The position numbers and the translations under genes are program-made. From Patescibacteria group bacterium (GTDB lineage: Bacteria > Patescibacteriota > Patescibacteriia > CAIXNZ01): 64,000 nucleotides of DNA. Of the stretch, positions 47,672-57,886 are shown piece by piece. Numbering within the stretch: position 1 is the first letter of the stretch; every line of letters begins with the position of its first letter. A model generated the notes under the pieces. It had not been told where the DNA came from. It made no database searches and worked only from the letters and a program-made list of their open reading frames with translations. The stretch is from contig JBAZJU010000002.1 in the NCBI GenBank assembly GCA_041651155.1, positions 21,467 to 85,466 of the forward strand. The letters run 5' to 3'.

Positions 47672-49564
47672 ATGAATGAGGAGCAACCAATAAAAAATTT
47701 ACCTGGTGATAATGAAGATAAAAGGATTGTAAAAGTTGAAGCGAAACCAGTGGAAATTCAAAAAAAAGAGACAAAAGCTGGCTTAACAAAAATCAGCAAT
47801 CTTAGAATTGATAAAATTGGCAGCCTGACTTTAAATATTATTGCCAAACCATTAAAAAATAGATATAACACTCATTATAAAAAAGAAAAACTATACCTGG
47901 TCATAGACATAATTTTGGCTGTAATTGTTTTGGTTTTGCTTGGCTCGCTCATTAATCTATGGTTATTTTCCAAAAATTCCCAGGTCCATCTAATGGATTT
48001 TAAAGTTACTGCTAATCCGACAAATCTAATTAATGGCCAGGCATCTGAATTTACCATAGACTATGCCAATAAAACAAATTCGGATTTATCTGATGTAATT
48101 CTAGTTTTAAAAATTCCCGACAGCTTAAAAAATCCTCAATATAATCTGCCTGATTTTAATTTAAAAACAAACACTTTGAATATCGGCAATTTGCCTGGCC
48201 ATGCCCATGGCCAGCTGAATATCAAAGGATTTTTACTAGGCAACTATAATGACAATCATGAATTTATTGCTGCCATAACTTACAAAAATAAATATGGGCA
48301 AAGCCGGCAAGAATTTTTCAACCAATCTTTTACATTGACTGACTCGGTTGTTAAAGCCCAAATTATTTTACCGCCAAAAATTATTGCCAGCGGCAAATTT
48401 ACAGCCAAAATAAATTTAAAAAATACTTCCAGCCTTGACTTTACAAATTTAAAAATAAAAATGCTCTGGCCTGATAATTTTTCATTCCTGAATTCTGACT
48501 TAGGCTCGCCATTATCCGCCGATCTTTGGCAAATAGAACAATTTAAAGCAAAGAGTGAAACCAGCTACAATTTTACTGGCAGGCTTTTTGGCCAAAAGCC
48601 CCAGGAAGAAAAATTTGAAGCTGAAATTTATGCTACTTCTGATCACACCGAGTATCTTTTAACCAAAGTGCAAAATTCTGCTCCTTTAGCATTTTCCAAA
48701 TTAGAGCTGACCTTCTTAAATCAAGAAAACAACCGCTATATTTCACCGGGCGGAGAAACAACTTATACTTTGCATTATAAAAATAATGAAACTTACGCTC
48801 TAACCAATGTTGAAATTAGTTTAGACTTAAGCGGAGAATATGCAGGCAGCCTTAATCCTCTTAATTTTAACCAAAACACCAATCCTCAATTGGCTAAAAT
48901 GGATCCAGGCGCTGAAGGCTCATTTGAAGTTCGAGCCAAAGCCAAGTCCATTATTAATTTTACTATTTACAAAGAAAATGGCTTTCAGCTGGAAGCGCGC
49001 ATCAGTGCCGATTATGATGACCTGATGCAAAATAATCGCATAAATATTGAGAGCGCGCCAATTTTTACTCAGGTTAATTCCCAATTAATCTTAAAAACAT
49101 TGGGTTTGTTTTATACCCAGCAAGGCGATCAAATCGGCGTTGGTTCAATACCGCCTAAAGTTGGCGAATATACTTCCTACTGGGCGATTATTCAGATTAA
49201 TAATACTACTAACAAAATAAAAGATCTTAAAGTTATTGCCAAACTGCCGGCCGGAGTGGATTTTACCAATATATATAATGTCACAGATGGCGACCAAATT
49301 TTTTATAATGACACTACCCGGACTTTAGAATGGTCAGTTGATTCCATTTCAGCCTTAGCTGGTTATTTTAATCCTGCGCCAGAAGCCAGAATCCAGCTGG
49401 CTATTACTCCCACAACCAATCAAGTTGGACAAAGCCCTGCTTTGCTTACCAATATCACTGCGACAGCCACTGATACTATTTCTAATGCCTTTTTATCAGC
49501 TACTGGTAAAAATATTTCCACTGCCATTTTCACTGACCAAAGCCAAAATAAAGTTACCCAATAA
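47672..49564 (+). CDS. large membrane-anchored surface protein, hypothetical
   Basis: Single TM at residues ~75-100 then ~530 aa of beta-rich repeats; terminator agaggcgg...ccgcctct at 49577-49605. Confidence 0.4.
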   Translation: MNEEQPIKNLPGDNEDKRIVKVEAKPVEIQKKETKAGLTKISNLRIDKIGSLTLNIIAKPLKNRYNTHYKKEKLYLVIDIILAVIVLVLLGSLINLWLFSKNSQVHLMDFKVTANPTNLINGQASEFTIDYANKTNSDLSDVILVLKIPDSLKNPQYNLPDFNLKTNTLNIGNLPGHAHGQLNIKGFLLGNYNDNHEFIAAITYKNKYGQSRQEFFNQSFTLTDSVVKAQIILPPKIIASGKFTAKINLKNTSSLDFTNLKIKMLWPDNFSFLNSDLGSPLSADLWQIEQFKAKSETSYNFTGRLFGQKPQEEKFEAEIYATSDHTEYLLTKVQNSAPLAFSKLELTFLNQENNRYISPGGETTYTLHYKNNETYALTNVEISLDLSGEYAGSLNPLNFNQNTNPQLAKMDPGAEGSFEVRAKAKSIINFTIYKENGFQLEARISADYDDLMQNNRINIESAPIFTQVNSQLILKTLGLFYTQQGDQIGVGSIPPKVGEYTSYWAIIQINNTTNKIKDLKVIAKLPAGVDFTNIYNVTDGDQIFYNDTTRTLEWSVDSISALAGYFNPAPEARIQLAITPTTNQVGQSPALLTNITATATDTISNAFLSATGKNISTAIFTDQSQNKVTQ

Positions 49565-49949
49565 AACATAAGTAAAGAGGCGGATTTCTACCCCGCCTCT
49601 TTTTAATTGACTAAACCAAAAAATTATATTATCCTTTTAGTATTGTTTTTTTTCGTTACAAATCTACGAATAACTACAAATGTTTACAAATAATTTTCAC
49701 GCTGAACTTATTAGTAGATTAGTAGTCAATTCGTAAATTAGTATCCATATGAAAAATTACTCGCGTAAAACCAATAAAAAGTTAACGCGTTACCGCACGC
49801 CTTCAACTTTTCGCGCTAATATTAAATTCAATAAACTAATTAAAAAATAAAATCAAAATTTATACCTGGCTTTAGCCAGTTTCTTAATGCCCACTTCCGC
49901 CGTCGCTACGCTATGGCGGACAGGAAAGTGGGGAATAAATTTTAAACTT

Positions 49950-51272
49950 ATGCAATACAAATACGACCTCAAAAAACTCCCCAAAAGCCAAGTAGAAATC
50001 TTGGTTACTATTTCGTTTGAAGAATTAAAGCCTTTTCTTGAAAAAGCCACCCAGCAGCTTTCTGAACAAACAAAAATTGACGGTTTCCGTCCTGGCAAAG
50101 TGCCTTTGGAAATTTTAAAGAAAAAAGTCGGTGAAATGAAAATCCTGGAAGAAGCGGCAGCACTGGCAGTGGAAAAATCTTATGTGGAAATCGCCACCAA
50201 AGAAAAGCTGGAGCCTTTGGGTTCGCCAAAAATTGATTTTGAAAAACTGGCTGCTGACAATGACTTTGTCTATAAAGCCACGGTTAATTTAATTCCTGAG
50301 ATTAAAGTCGGCGATTATAAATCAGTAAAAATAAAAGAAAAGGAAATAAATGTTTCTGACGAAGAAATTGATAAAATTATAAATGAGGTCAGAAACCAAA
50401 AAGCCACTGAAGTTTTGGAAAATAAACCAGTAGGAAAAGGGGACCGGGTAGAAATTGATTTTGATATTTTCCGCGATAATGTGCCGATTGAGGGCGGCGC
50501 GCAAAAAAAATATCCGCTGGTTATCGGCTCAGGCCAATTTATCCCGGGCTTTGAAGAACAGCTAATTGGTTTGCAAACTAATGAGGCCAAAGAATTTGAA
50601 ATAAAATTTCCTGAAAAATATCACAATGCCATGCTGGCCGGCAAACCTGCCAAGTTTAAAGTTAAAATGCTGGCAGTTTATAAAAGAACATTGCCGGAAT
50701 TAAATGATGAATTTGCCAAAAGCCTGGGCATTGAAACTTTAGATAAACTTAAAGAACAAATCCGCCATAATGTACTTCATGAAGAACATCACAAAGAAGA
50801 AGAAAGGGTTGAAATTGAGTTGCTGGAAAAATTAATTGATAAATCCCAGTTTGGCGAAATCCCAGATGTCCTGATTAATTCTGAAGTTAATAAAATGATT
50901 CAGGAACTGGAAGCGAATATCGCCAGACAAGGTTTAAAGTTTGAAGATTACTTGAAACATTTAAATAAAACTACCGAACAAATGAAACTTGAATTTGTGC
51001 CTCAGGCCATTAAACGCGTCAAAGGCGCACTTTTAACTCGCGCGATTTTCTTAGCTGAAAAAATGGAAATTCCTGAAAGTGAAATTGATCAGGAAATTGA
51101 GGCTACTGGTAAAATGTACCAGCAATATCCAGATATGCTAAAAAATCTACAAACTCGTGAATACCGCGACTATATTACAAATATGATCGGCAATCATAAA
51201 GTCATGGATTTTCTCAAAACCATTTGCGTGGAACGAAGCGAGAAGAATAAAGAAATTGAGCATAACCATTAA
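49950..51272 (+). CDS. tig: trigger factor
   Basis: N-terminal ribosome-binding domain (GFRPGKVP), PPIase-like middle and C-terminal arms; start at the internal Met because the ORF N-terminus runs through a GC palindrome. Confidence 0.85.
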   Translation: MQYKYDLKKLPKSQVEILVTISFEELKPFLEKATQQLSEQTKIDGFRPGKVPLEILKKKVGEMKILEEAAALAVEKSYVEIATKEKLEPLGSPKIDFEKLAADNDFVYKATVNLIPEIKVGDYKSVKIKEKEINVSDEEIDKIINEVRNQKATEVLENKPVGKGDRVEIDFDIFRDNVPIEGGAQKKYPLVIGSGQFIPGFEEQLIGLQTNEAKEFEIKFPEKYHNAMLAGKPAKFKVKMLAVYKRTLPELNDEFAKSLGIETLDKLKEQIRHNVLHEEHHKEEERVEIELLEKLIDKSQFGEIPDVLINSEVNKMIQELEANIARQGLKFEDYLKHLNKTTEQMKLEFVPQAIKRVKGALLTRAIFLAEKMEIPESEIDQEIEATGKMYQQYPDMLKNLQTREYRDYITNMIGNHKVMDFLKTICVERSEKNKEIEHNH

Positions 51273-51292
51273 TTTTCTAAAACATCTTTTTA

Positions 51293-51330
51293 CACAGAAG
51301 AAGCGATTTGCAAATCGCTTCTTCTGTTTT
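51293..51330 (+). terminator. rho-independent terminator after tig
   Basis: cagaagaagcgatttgcaaatcgcttcttctgtttt, a perfect palindrome with T-run. Confidence 0.8.
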
Positions 51331-51612
51331 ATGGGAGAAAATGTTTTATTTCCACATTTGTTGACGAAACGCCGGTGTTTCGCCAACGGCGTGATTAATA
51401 ATATAATCCAAAACATTTTCGCTTTATCTTATCCATGCCCCTGTACATTAAAAATACCTAAAATTAGCTCCAAAAGGGCCATTTTAGGGCCAAAATCATC
51501 ACCTAAATCCTTGACTTTTATTAGAATATATGCTACTATTAAATAATCCGAATTAAACCGTTTTTTAACAACAAAATCCTGCTTTGCGGGATAAAATTTG
51601 AGAGGAGAAAAA

Positions 51613-52116
51613 ATGAGAGGACAACAGATGGGTGGAGAAATCGGAAACTCAAAACTTGTCTACACGACCAAAGGTGGCGTAAAGAAAGAAACTCCTAATA
51701 CCGGCGGCTCGGATTATAAGACTCTTGAAACAGTTGAAGCAGTGCTCGTCAGAGTGCCGAAAAAAGACGGCCCATATTTCGTGAAACAAAGCGCGCACAG
51801 CTTCATTGCCAGTGGCAAAGATGTTGAAATACCCGAGCATTTTCGCCATGGCCTGAAAATCGGGAATGTGATTCTCAACCGTCTGTTCTTTGGGCTTATT
51901 GAAACAGACTTCGGCAGGATGATCGTCGCCAAGGTAGAGGTGGTAGAAAAAACCACTTCCTCTGGAGCAAAATACATTTTGCTCAACTTCCACAAAATCA
52001 AGAATGCCAAAGCGCCGCTGGAAATCAAAATATCCGATAAACTGTTATCAACAGAGGATATCAGAATCATCGGCACAAACCCCGCTCAATATATACACTT
52101 TAAAGCAGTTTGCTAA
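51613..52116 (+). CDS. hypothetical protein
   Basis: SD gagaggagaaaaaATG; promoter TTGACT-17-TACTAT at 51510-51538; terminator at 52145-52195. Confidence 0.45.
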   Translation: MRGQQMGGEIGNSKLVYTTKGGVKKETPNTGGSDYKTLETVEAVLVRVPKKDGPYFVKQSAHSFIASGKDVEIPEHFRHGLKIGNVILNRLFFGLIETDFGRMIVAKVEVVEKTTSSGAKYILLNFHKIKNAKAPLEIKISDKLLSTEDIRIIGTNPAQYIHFKAVC

Positions 52117-52355
52117 TAGCCCTGCTTAATAAAATGACCGACGACCCTTTTGGAGAAATCCAAGAGGGTCGTTTTATTTTGGGCGAAAATGTTTTGGCTT
52201 TTATTCCCCGACTTAGACTTAGCGCCTACTACGAAACCCCGATGTATAAAAAACATTTTCGCTTTTTTAAAAAAACACAAAATCTTGACTTTAAATATCT
52301 TATGTTATAAAACTAAATCAGTTAAAGGGCCTGCTCTTTAACAATAAATCCGGAG

Positions 52356-53000
52356 GTGAGAAGCATGCTTCTACCAAACAGGTTACTGAACACGGTTTTA
52401 AGGGGAATCAAAAACGATGGAATAACAGTTAACTTCGTGAATAACGATTGGATTGCAATTTTGGAGGAGATGAAAAACTGCCTCAAATCAAATCTTTCAA
52501 CCTTTGCGAATACTCCCTTGGGTCATGTCAGCTTATTTGGAGCAAAGGATCGCCAACCAATAAAAAAAGACCTCTTGGATGTTCCTAGCGATCCAAATAA
52601 TTTTTCTTTATCCACTCCCGGGTTTTGGGCTGAAAATTATTCTTTTTGTGCAAATGTAGTTTTGCCAAAAGAATCAAATATCGGCACAAGCACGTTTTGG
52701 GGAATTACAAAAAAGGGAAATTGGGCAATTGTAGAACTAAAAGTTCAAAAAATCATTTTAGGGCATACAAAAGGGCTTGAAACCTGCCGCTACAAAGCAC
52801 TGGAAATAAGTTGCGCCAGAGATTCAGACCTTCCCGAAATAGTCGCGCGATGCGAACGTTCTTACTTTAATGTCTGGGACAGCATAGTTGTGGCCGTACA
52901 TGGCTGGGCAAAAAGAAGGGAAGAACTGGCAAAAGAAGCTATGCGCGTTCATGAAAGCATAGAAGCGCTCAATCAGATTATTACGAATAATGACTGGTAA
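52356..53000 (+). CDS. hypothetical protein
   Basis: SD ccggaggtgagaagcATG; terminator aagggctcaaaaacgagccctt at 53018-53040. Confidence 0.45.
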   Translation: MRSMLLPNRLLNTVLRGIKNDGITVNFVNNDWIAILEEMKNCLKSNLSTFANTPLGHVSLFGAKDRQPIKKDLLDVPSDPNNFSLSTPGFWAENYSFCANVVLPKESNIGTSTFWGITKKGNWAIVELKVQKIILGHTKGLETCRYKALEISCARDSDLPEIVARCERSYFNVWDSIVVAVHGWAKRREELAKEAMRVHESIEALNQIITNNDW

Positions 53001-53140
53001 TTACCAATCAGCGACAAGGGCTCAAAAACGAGCCCTTTTTCTTTTCCCAAGAAAAAATGATAAGATTAAGTTATGGAGTAAAAAGTTCATCAAGTTCATA
53101 AAAAACTTTCTACTTTATATACTTTCAAACTTTACACTAT

Positions 53141-53220
53141 TATGTTAGTCGCCATTTTTTCCGACACCCATGATAACTGGCTCAATATTGCAAAAGCCCT
53201 TTATTATTTAACTAATTTTT
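53141..53220 (+). pseudogene. diverged duplicate of the 5' end of the metallophosphoesterase gene (coordinates approximate)
   Basis: Translation MLVAIFSDTHDNWLNIAKALYYLTNF versus MLIALFSDTHDNWPNIEKAIHYLNKH at 53967. Confidence 0.5.
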
Positions 53221-53964
53221 ATGTTAAATCCAAATGAACAACCAATTAAAGCCGCTCCCAATGAAGAAATTTTTAAAATTGCTAAAGGCAAGGAAAAAAA
53301 TTGCGCCTTTATGATTGGCAGTCTATTCCCAGAGATTAAAAATAAGGCTATCCAAGAACATTTAAATCTTATTGAAAAGGCACAGAATTATAAGGATTTT
53401 CTAAAATCTAAATCAAACGAAGAAATACTTTCAACTGCTTATAAAAAATTTGAGGAGCATATGAATGATAAAAAATATGAACTGGCTTATGGCATAGCAT
53501 GTACTTATCTAAAGCAAAATCAAATTGAAAATTCTGGCCAAAAATTGCTTGAAGAAATTTATGAAAAATTAAAAAAATCAAAAAATAAAAAAGAAATTGC
53601 TGAATTAGCCGAAAAGATACTTGAAAAAGATAGGTTCCCCTTTTTACCCGAAATAAATAGGTCAAGCGATATGGTAGAGGATTCTTTGAATTTGCTTAAT
53701 ATGGTAAGAGATAAGCGAAGTAAAATATCTGAAATCGCCTTTTATTTAGGGGAATTGAACCAAAAAATTCTGAATTGGCTAATGCCACCTTTAAAAAACC
53801 CTTTACTTTCTGAAGCTGCTCACCTTTGGGCACGCAAAGCCATTATTTCTTTAATAAACAATAAAAAAAGGGGGGAAACTAATGAATTGGCTAGCGAATG
53901 GGAAAAGAAAAAATTTTTAGACATTGAAAAAGACGCTGATATTTTTGAAGAATTAACAAAATAA
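53221..53964 (+). CDS. hypothetical helical protein, inserted between the duplicated phosphoesterase 5' ends
   Basis: ORF track; no recognisable motif. Confidence 0.4.
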   Translation: MLNPNEQPIKAAPNEEIFKIAKGKEKNCAFMIGSLFPEIKNKAIQEHLNLIEKAQNYKDFLKSKSNEEILSTAYKKFEEHMNDKKYELAYGIACTYLKQNQIENSGQKLLEEIYEKLKKSKNKKEIAELAEKILEKDRFPFLPEINRSSDMVEDSLNLLNMVRDKRSKISEIAFYLGELNQKILNWLMPPLKNPLLSEAAHLWARKAIISLINNKKRGETNELASEWEKKKFLDIEKDADIFEELTK

Positions 53965-53966
53965 TT

Positions 53967-54467
53967 ATGCTCATTGCCCTTTTCTCCGATACACACGACA
54001 ACTGGCCCAACATAGAGAAGGCCATTCATTATTTAAACAAACACAAAATCCGCACCATGATTCATTGCGGCGATATTTGCGCGCCTTTGACTCTTGAAGC
54101 CATGGCCAAACTTTTTAAAGGCAAAATCCATTTTGTCAAAGGCAATGTTGACGGTGATATTGAGGGCTTTAAGGAAAAAATCAGCCATCATAAAAATTTA
54201 AAGTATTACGGACAAACCGGGAAGATAGAAATAGGGGGACTAAAAATTGTATTTTGCCACATGCCGCTAGTTGCAAAAAAGATGGCTGCTTCTCAAAAAT
54301 ATGATTTTGTTTTTTACGGACATACGCACAAACCCTGGCAGGAAAAAATTGGCAAAACAACTTTAATTAATCCGGGAACTGTTGCGGGTTTATTTACAAA
54401 AGCTACTTTTGCCATTTTTGAGACTGAAACTAAAAAAGCGCAATTAATCATACTGGAAAAAATTTAA
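53967..54467 (+). CDS. metallophosphoesterase (YfcE-like)
   Basis: FSDTHDN...CGD...GNVDG...GHTH calcineurin-like phosphoesterase motifs. Confidence 0.75.
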   Translation: MLIALFSDTHDNWPNIEKAIHYLNKHKIRTMIHCGDICAPLTLEAMAKLFKGKIHFVKGNVDGDIEGFKEKISHHKNLKYYGQTGKIEIGGLKIVFCHMPLVAKKMAASQKYDFVFYGHTHKPWQEKIGKTTLINPGTVAGLFTKATFAIFETETKKAQLIILEKI

Positions 54468-55020
54468 ATCCTACGAAAATACAAAAATTTCCTTTAATGC
54501 TGACGTAAATTTGAATTATACTTTTTACTTTAAAATACAATAAAATATTTTTTAGCACTTATAACCAAATCCGTAGTTTCGTAGGCCAAAATTAAAGAGG
54601 GTACCAGTTTGGTACCCTCAAACGACGATAACCTCTTTAAGAGGCGGGGATTGGAACCCCACGATAGAATTTTATCGTGTCAGAACTTGATGCTTTTATT
54701 CTAGCAATTCTCTAATATTTGTCAATAGAAAAATCCCAATTTATTTATTTAAAAAAGTTAACTCTACAAAACTACAGTTCTCTATACAAATATAAAAAAT
54801 CTCCCCAGGCCATGACGTTTTGTGTTTTTTTGAGATACAACTCACAAAAAAGTGTACTTACTAGAATTATTCGTATTATTTGTAGCGTATTCGTAAATTA
54901 GTATCCATAAAAAAAGAGAGGGCACTGGGTGGTGTGTCCTCTGACTAAATGAGTGAAATTGTGGCGGGCGGGGGAAAAGTACTGTTTTTAATCCTGGAAG
55001 AGCCTCTTTGGGGCTATTTT

Positions 55021-55230
55021 TTATTTACTTCTTTTTTTTTGAGCAGTGATAACAACTCCCAAACCAAATGTTTTATGGCACTTTTTACATTCAATCCAAA
55101 TTGAATGAAGAATCCCCAACCGTCCACTACAAGATGGGCATTCCTTGGTCAAAGCCTTTTTTTGCATGGCCAGCAGAATTTTATAATAGAGCTGGTGCCT
55201 AAACAGTGGCTGGCAATTTAGACCTCCCAT
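55021..55230 (-). CDS. zinc-ribbon small protein
   Basis: CPSCSG...CKKCHKT Cys pairs; SD gaggaggattgaaATG. Confidence 0.5.
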   Translation of the reverse strand: MGGLNCQPLFRHQLYYKILLAMQKKALTKECPSCSGRLGILHSIWIECKKCHKTFGLGVVITAQKKRSK

Positions 55231-55351
55231 TTCAATCCTCCTCGCTTAATTAGTATGGTATACTATAAGTATAATTTATTAATATCCAATAATCAATGAT
55301 CAATTTTAAATTAAATTGGTTATTGAAAATTGGTAATCGGACATTAATCAT

Positions 55352-55786
55352 ATGTGGGACATTTTAATAATTGCGTCAAAGCTTTTTTTGGCTGTAATTC
55401 TAGGCTGGATAATCGGCATAGAAAGAGAAACACTGGGCAAACCAGCTGGCAGCAGAACATATGCTCTGATTGCCTTAGGCTCTGCCTTCTATACCATCCT
55501 GGCGGTTCAAGGTTTTAATCAAACCATAATGGCCGGACAAATTATTGTGGGCATTGGTTTTATTGGCGCCGGCATGATTATTTTTCATAAACAGCATATT
55601 GAGGGGCTAACCACGGCCTCTGCTCTTTGGGCTATTGCCGCAGTCGGCATGGCCATTGGGATCGGCTGGTATATTGTAGCAATATTTGCCAGTTTATTGA
55701 TTTTTCTTTTGCTTTTCATCGTCAGAAAAATTGAATTTTCTAAAAACAAAAAAAATACCTTATGGACACTATTCGACAAGAAATAA
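55352..55786 (+). CDS. MgtC/SapB family membrane protein
   Basis: ILGWIIGIERE..GSRTYALIALGSA MgtC signature. Confidence 0.75.
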   Translation: MWDILIIASKLFLAVILGWIIGIERETLGKPAGSRTYALIALGSAFYTILAVQGFNQTIMAGQIIVGIGFIGAGMIIFHKQHIEGLTTASALWAIAAVGMAIGIGWYIVAIFASLLIFLLLFIVRKIEFSKNKKNTLWTLFDKK

Positions 55787-56547
55787 AAAATGAACTGCCT
55801 GTGCTAATTAGAAAAGCAGGGCAGGAATTGCTTAAAATATTTCATCACAGTTCAAAAAACCATCTTAAATTTAAAAGCAAGCATGAAATCGTGACCAGCG
55901 CTGATTTTCTGTCTGAAAAGATAATTTTACAAAAGATTAAGGCCTTAACTCCTAACTGGCGGATAATTTCAGAGGAAAGAGGTGATAATAAAAAGGCCAG
56001 TGATTATCTGTGGTCAATTGATCCTCTGGATGGCACAACCAATTTTTATATGGGCAATCCTTTATTTGCCGTGCAAATAGCTTTGCTTTACAAAAATGAG
56101 CCTATTTTGGCGTGGATTTATGCACCCGCATTAAAAGAATATTATTTCGCGGCCAAAAATAAAGGCGCATATTTAAATAACAAAAAAATTAGTGTTTCAA
56201 ACCGGCCGCTAAAAAAAGCTCTTTTAACCTTTTGCCATGGCGATGACCAGGGTGATTTAAAAAGAGCGATTAAAATTTACGGCCATTTCAAATTGCACAG
56301 TTTTGACATTAGGCAATTAGGCTCAGCCGCCTTGGAATTTGGCTGGGTAGCCAAAGGCCGAACTGACTGCTATATTTCTCCTGGCCACAGGCTCTGGGAT
56401 ATTGCGCCCGGCATTCTCTTGGTTAAAGAAGCAGGCGGCAAGATTTATGACTTTCATGGCAAACCTTGGCGTCTTGGCGCCAAAAGCGTTTTTGCCAGCA
56501 ATGGTGTAATTGATAAAGATATTTTAAAATTTTTAAAAAAACTTTAA
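55762..56547 (+). CDS. inositol monophosphatase family protein (SuhB/CysQ-like)
   Basis: WSIDPLDGTTNF and WDIAPG motifs. Confidence 0.8.
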   Translation: MDTIRQEIKNELPVLIRKAGQELLKIFHHSSKNHLKFKSKHEIVTSADFLSEKIILQKIKALTPNWRIISEERGDNKKASDYLWSIDPLDGTTNFYMGNPLFAVQIALLYKNEPILAWIYAPALKEYYFAAKNKGAYLNNKKISVSNRPLKKALLTFCHGDDQGDLKRAIKIYGHFKLHSFDIRQLGSAALEFGWVAKGRTDCYISPGHRLWDIAPGILLVKEAGGKIYDFHGKPWRLGAKSVFASNGVIDKDILKFLKKL

Positions 56548-56626
56548 CCCTTTTTACGTGTCATCCAAAGCTTTAGCGTAGGATGACCCCTTTTACTCTT
56601 ATTACCCTTCTTACCCTTTAACTCTT

Positions 56627-57229
56627 ATGCTCCTCAAAATTAATTCCCAAAATCCTGAACCTGAAAAACTTGATCAAGTCGTTGAAGTTTTAAAAAATGG
56701 CGGCCTTATTGTTTATCCTACTGACACGATTTACGGCCTGGGCTGTGATATTTTCAATAAAAAAGCCATTGCTAAAATTTACCAGTTTAAAAAGCGCGAA
56801 ACCAAAAAACCTTTAAGTATAATCTGCCAGGACATAAAAGAAGCAGCTAAATATGCGATTATCCAGGATTCCGCCTTTGCCCTATTTAAAAAATATTTGC
56901 CTGGGTCTTTTACTTTTATTTTAAAAGCGCGAAGCCAAACTCCCAAAACAGTCTTGTCTAAAAATAAAACAGTCGGCATTAGAATCCCAGCTAATAATAT
57001 CTGCTTACAAATTGTTAAAATGCTTGGCAATCCCATAATAACTACTAGCCTAAATATCTCTGGACAGGAAGTTTTGACTAATCCAAATCAGCTGAGCAAG
57101 GAAATGCAAAATAAAATTGATTTAATCATTGATTCCGGCTCCTTGGGTCAAGAACCATCAACAATCGTTGACCTTAGCAATAACATCCCCCTTATCTTAA
57201 GAAACGGCAAAGGAAAATTAACTCTATGA
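56627..57229 (+). CDS. tsaC: L-threonylcarbamoyladenylate synthase (TsaC/YrdC)
   Basis: GGLIVYPTDTIYGLGCD YrdC signature. Confidence 0.8.
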   Translation: MLLKINSQNPEPEKLDQVVEVLKNGGLIVYPTDTIYGLGCDIFNKKAIAKIYQFKKRETKKPLSIICQDIKEAAKYAIIQDSAFALFKKYLPGSFTFILKARSQTPKTVLSKNKTVGIRIPANNICLQIVKMLGNPIITTSLNISGQEVLTNPNQLSKEMQNKIDLIIDSGSLGQEPSTIVDLSNNIPLILRNGKGKLTL

Positions 57230-57510
57230 AAAATGTAATAAAAACAATTTTAATAATTATTGTCTTTATTGTCCTGGCCATTGCTATTGCCATTGCCTTT
57301 ACTACTTTTTTAGCTCCCAAAGAAGAATTAACCAGATATAGCGATTGCATTTTACTTCAAAATAGCAAAACCGGTAAAATAGGCTGTTTTGGCTGCGCTA
57401 ATAATATCTGCAAAGATGCGAGCAAGGACTGGGTTACTTATAAAAAACCGGAAATAGGCATTCCCTATGCCTGCTTTAAATCTGACCAAGGCTGTGAATT
57501 AGCCCAATAA
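57226..57510 (+). CDS. small membrane-anchored Cys-rich protein
   Basis: ORF; one TM and six Cys. Confidence 0.35.
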   Translation: MKNVIKTILIIIVFIVLAIAIAIAFTTFLAPKEELTRYSDCILLQNSKTGKIGCFGCANNICKDASKDWVTYKKPEIGIPYACFKSDQGCELAQ

Positions 57511-57512
57511 TT

Positions 57513-57776
57513 GTGGGATTTAAGATTTATGATTTAAGATTAAAGTTTATGGGAAGTAAAATTATAAGCGTAAAAGTCATACCTAATTCAAAAATTAATA
57601 AAATTGTTGAACAAAAAGAAAATTTTTTGAAAATAAAATTAACTGCTCCAGCGCATGAAGGCAAGGCTAATAAAGCCTTAATAATTTTTCTAAGCCAGGA
57701 ACTTAAAATCCCTAAAAGTAAAATCAAAATTATTTCAGGTGAAAAATCCAGGGAGAAAAAAATTTTGATTTCTTAG
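57513..57776 (+). CDS. DUF167 (YggU-like) protein
   Basis: KVIPNSK...IKLTAPAHEGKANKALIIFLS pattern. Confidence 0.65.
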   Translation: MGFKIYDLRLKFMGSKIISVKVIPNSKINKIVEQKENFLKIKLTAPAHEGKANKALIIFLSQELKIPKSKIKIISGEKSREKKILIS

Positions 57777-57886
57777 TTATATTCTCAGCTCTAAAAAACT
57801 CAAATTTCTTGAGTTTTTTTATTTGACAAATTTTTTAGCAAGCACTAAACTCAAAAAAAAGGCACAAGGTGCCAAAAGGAGGAAAA

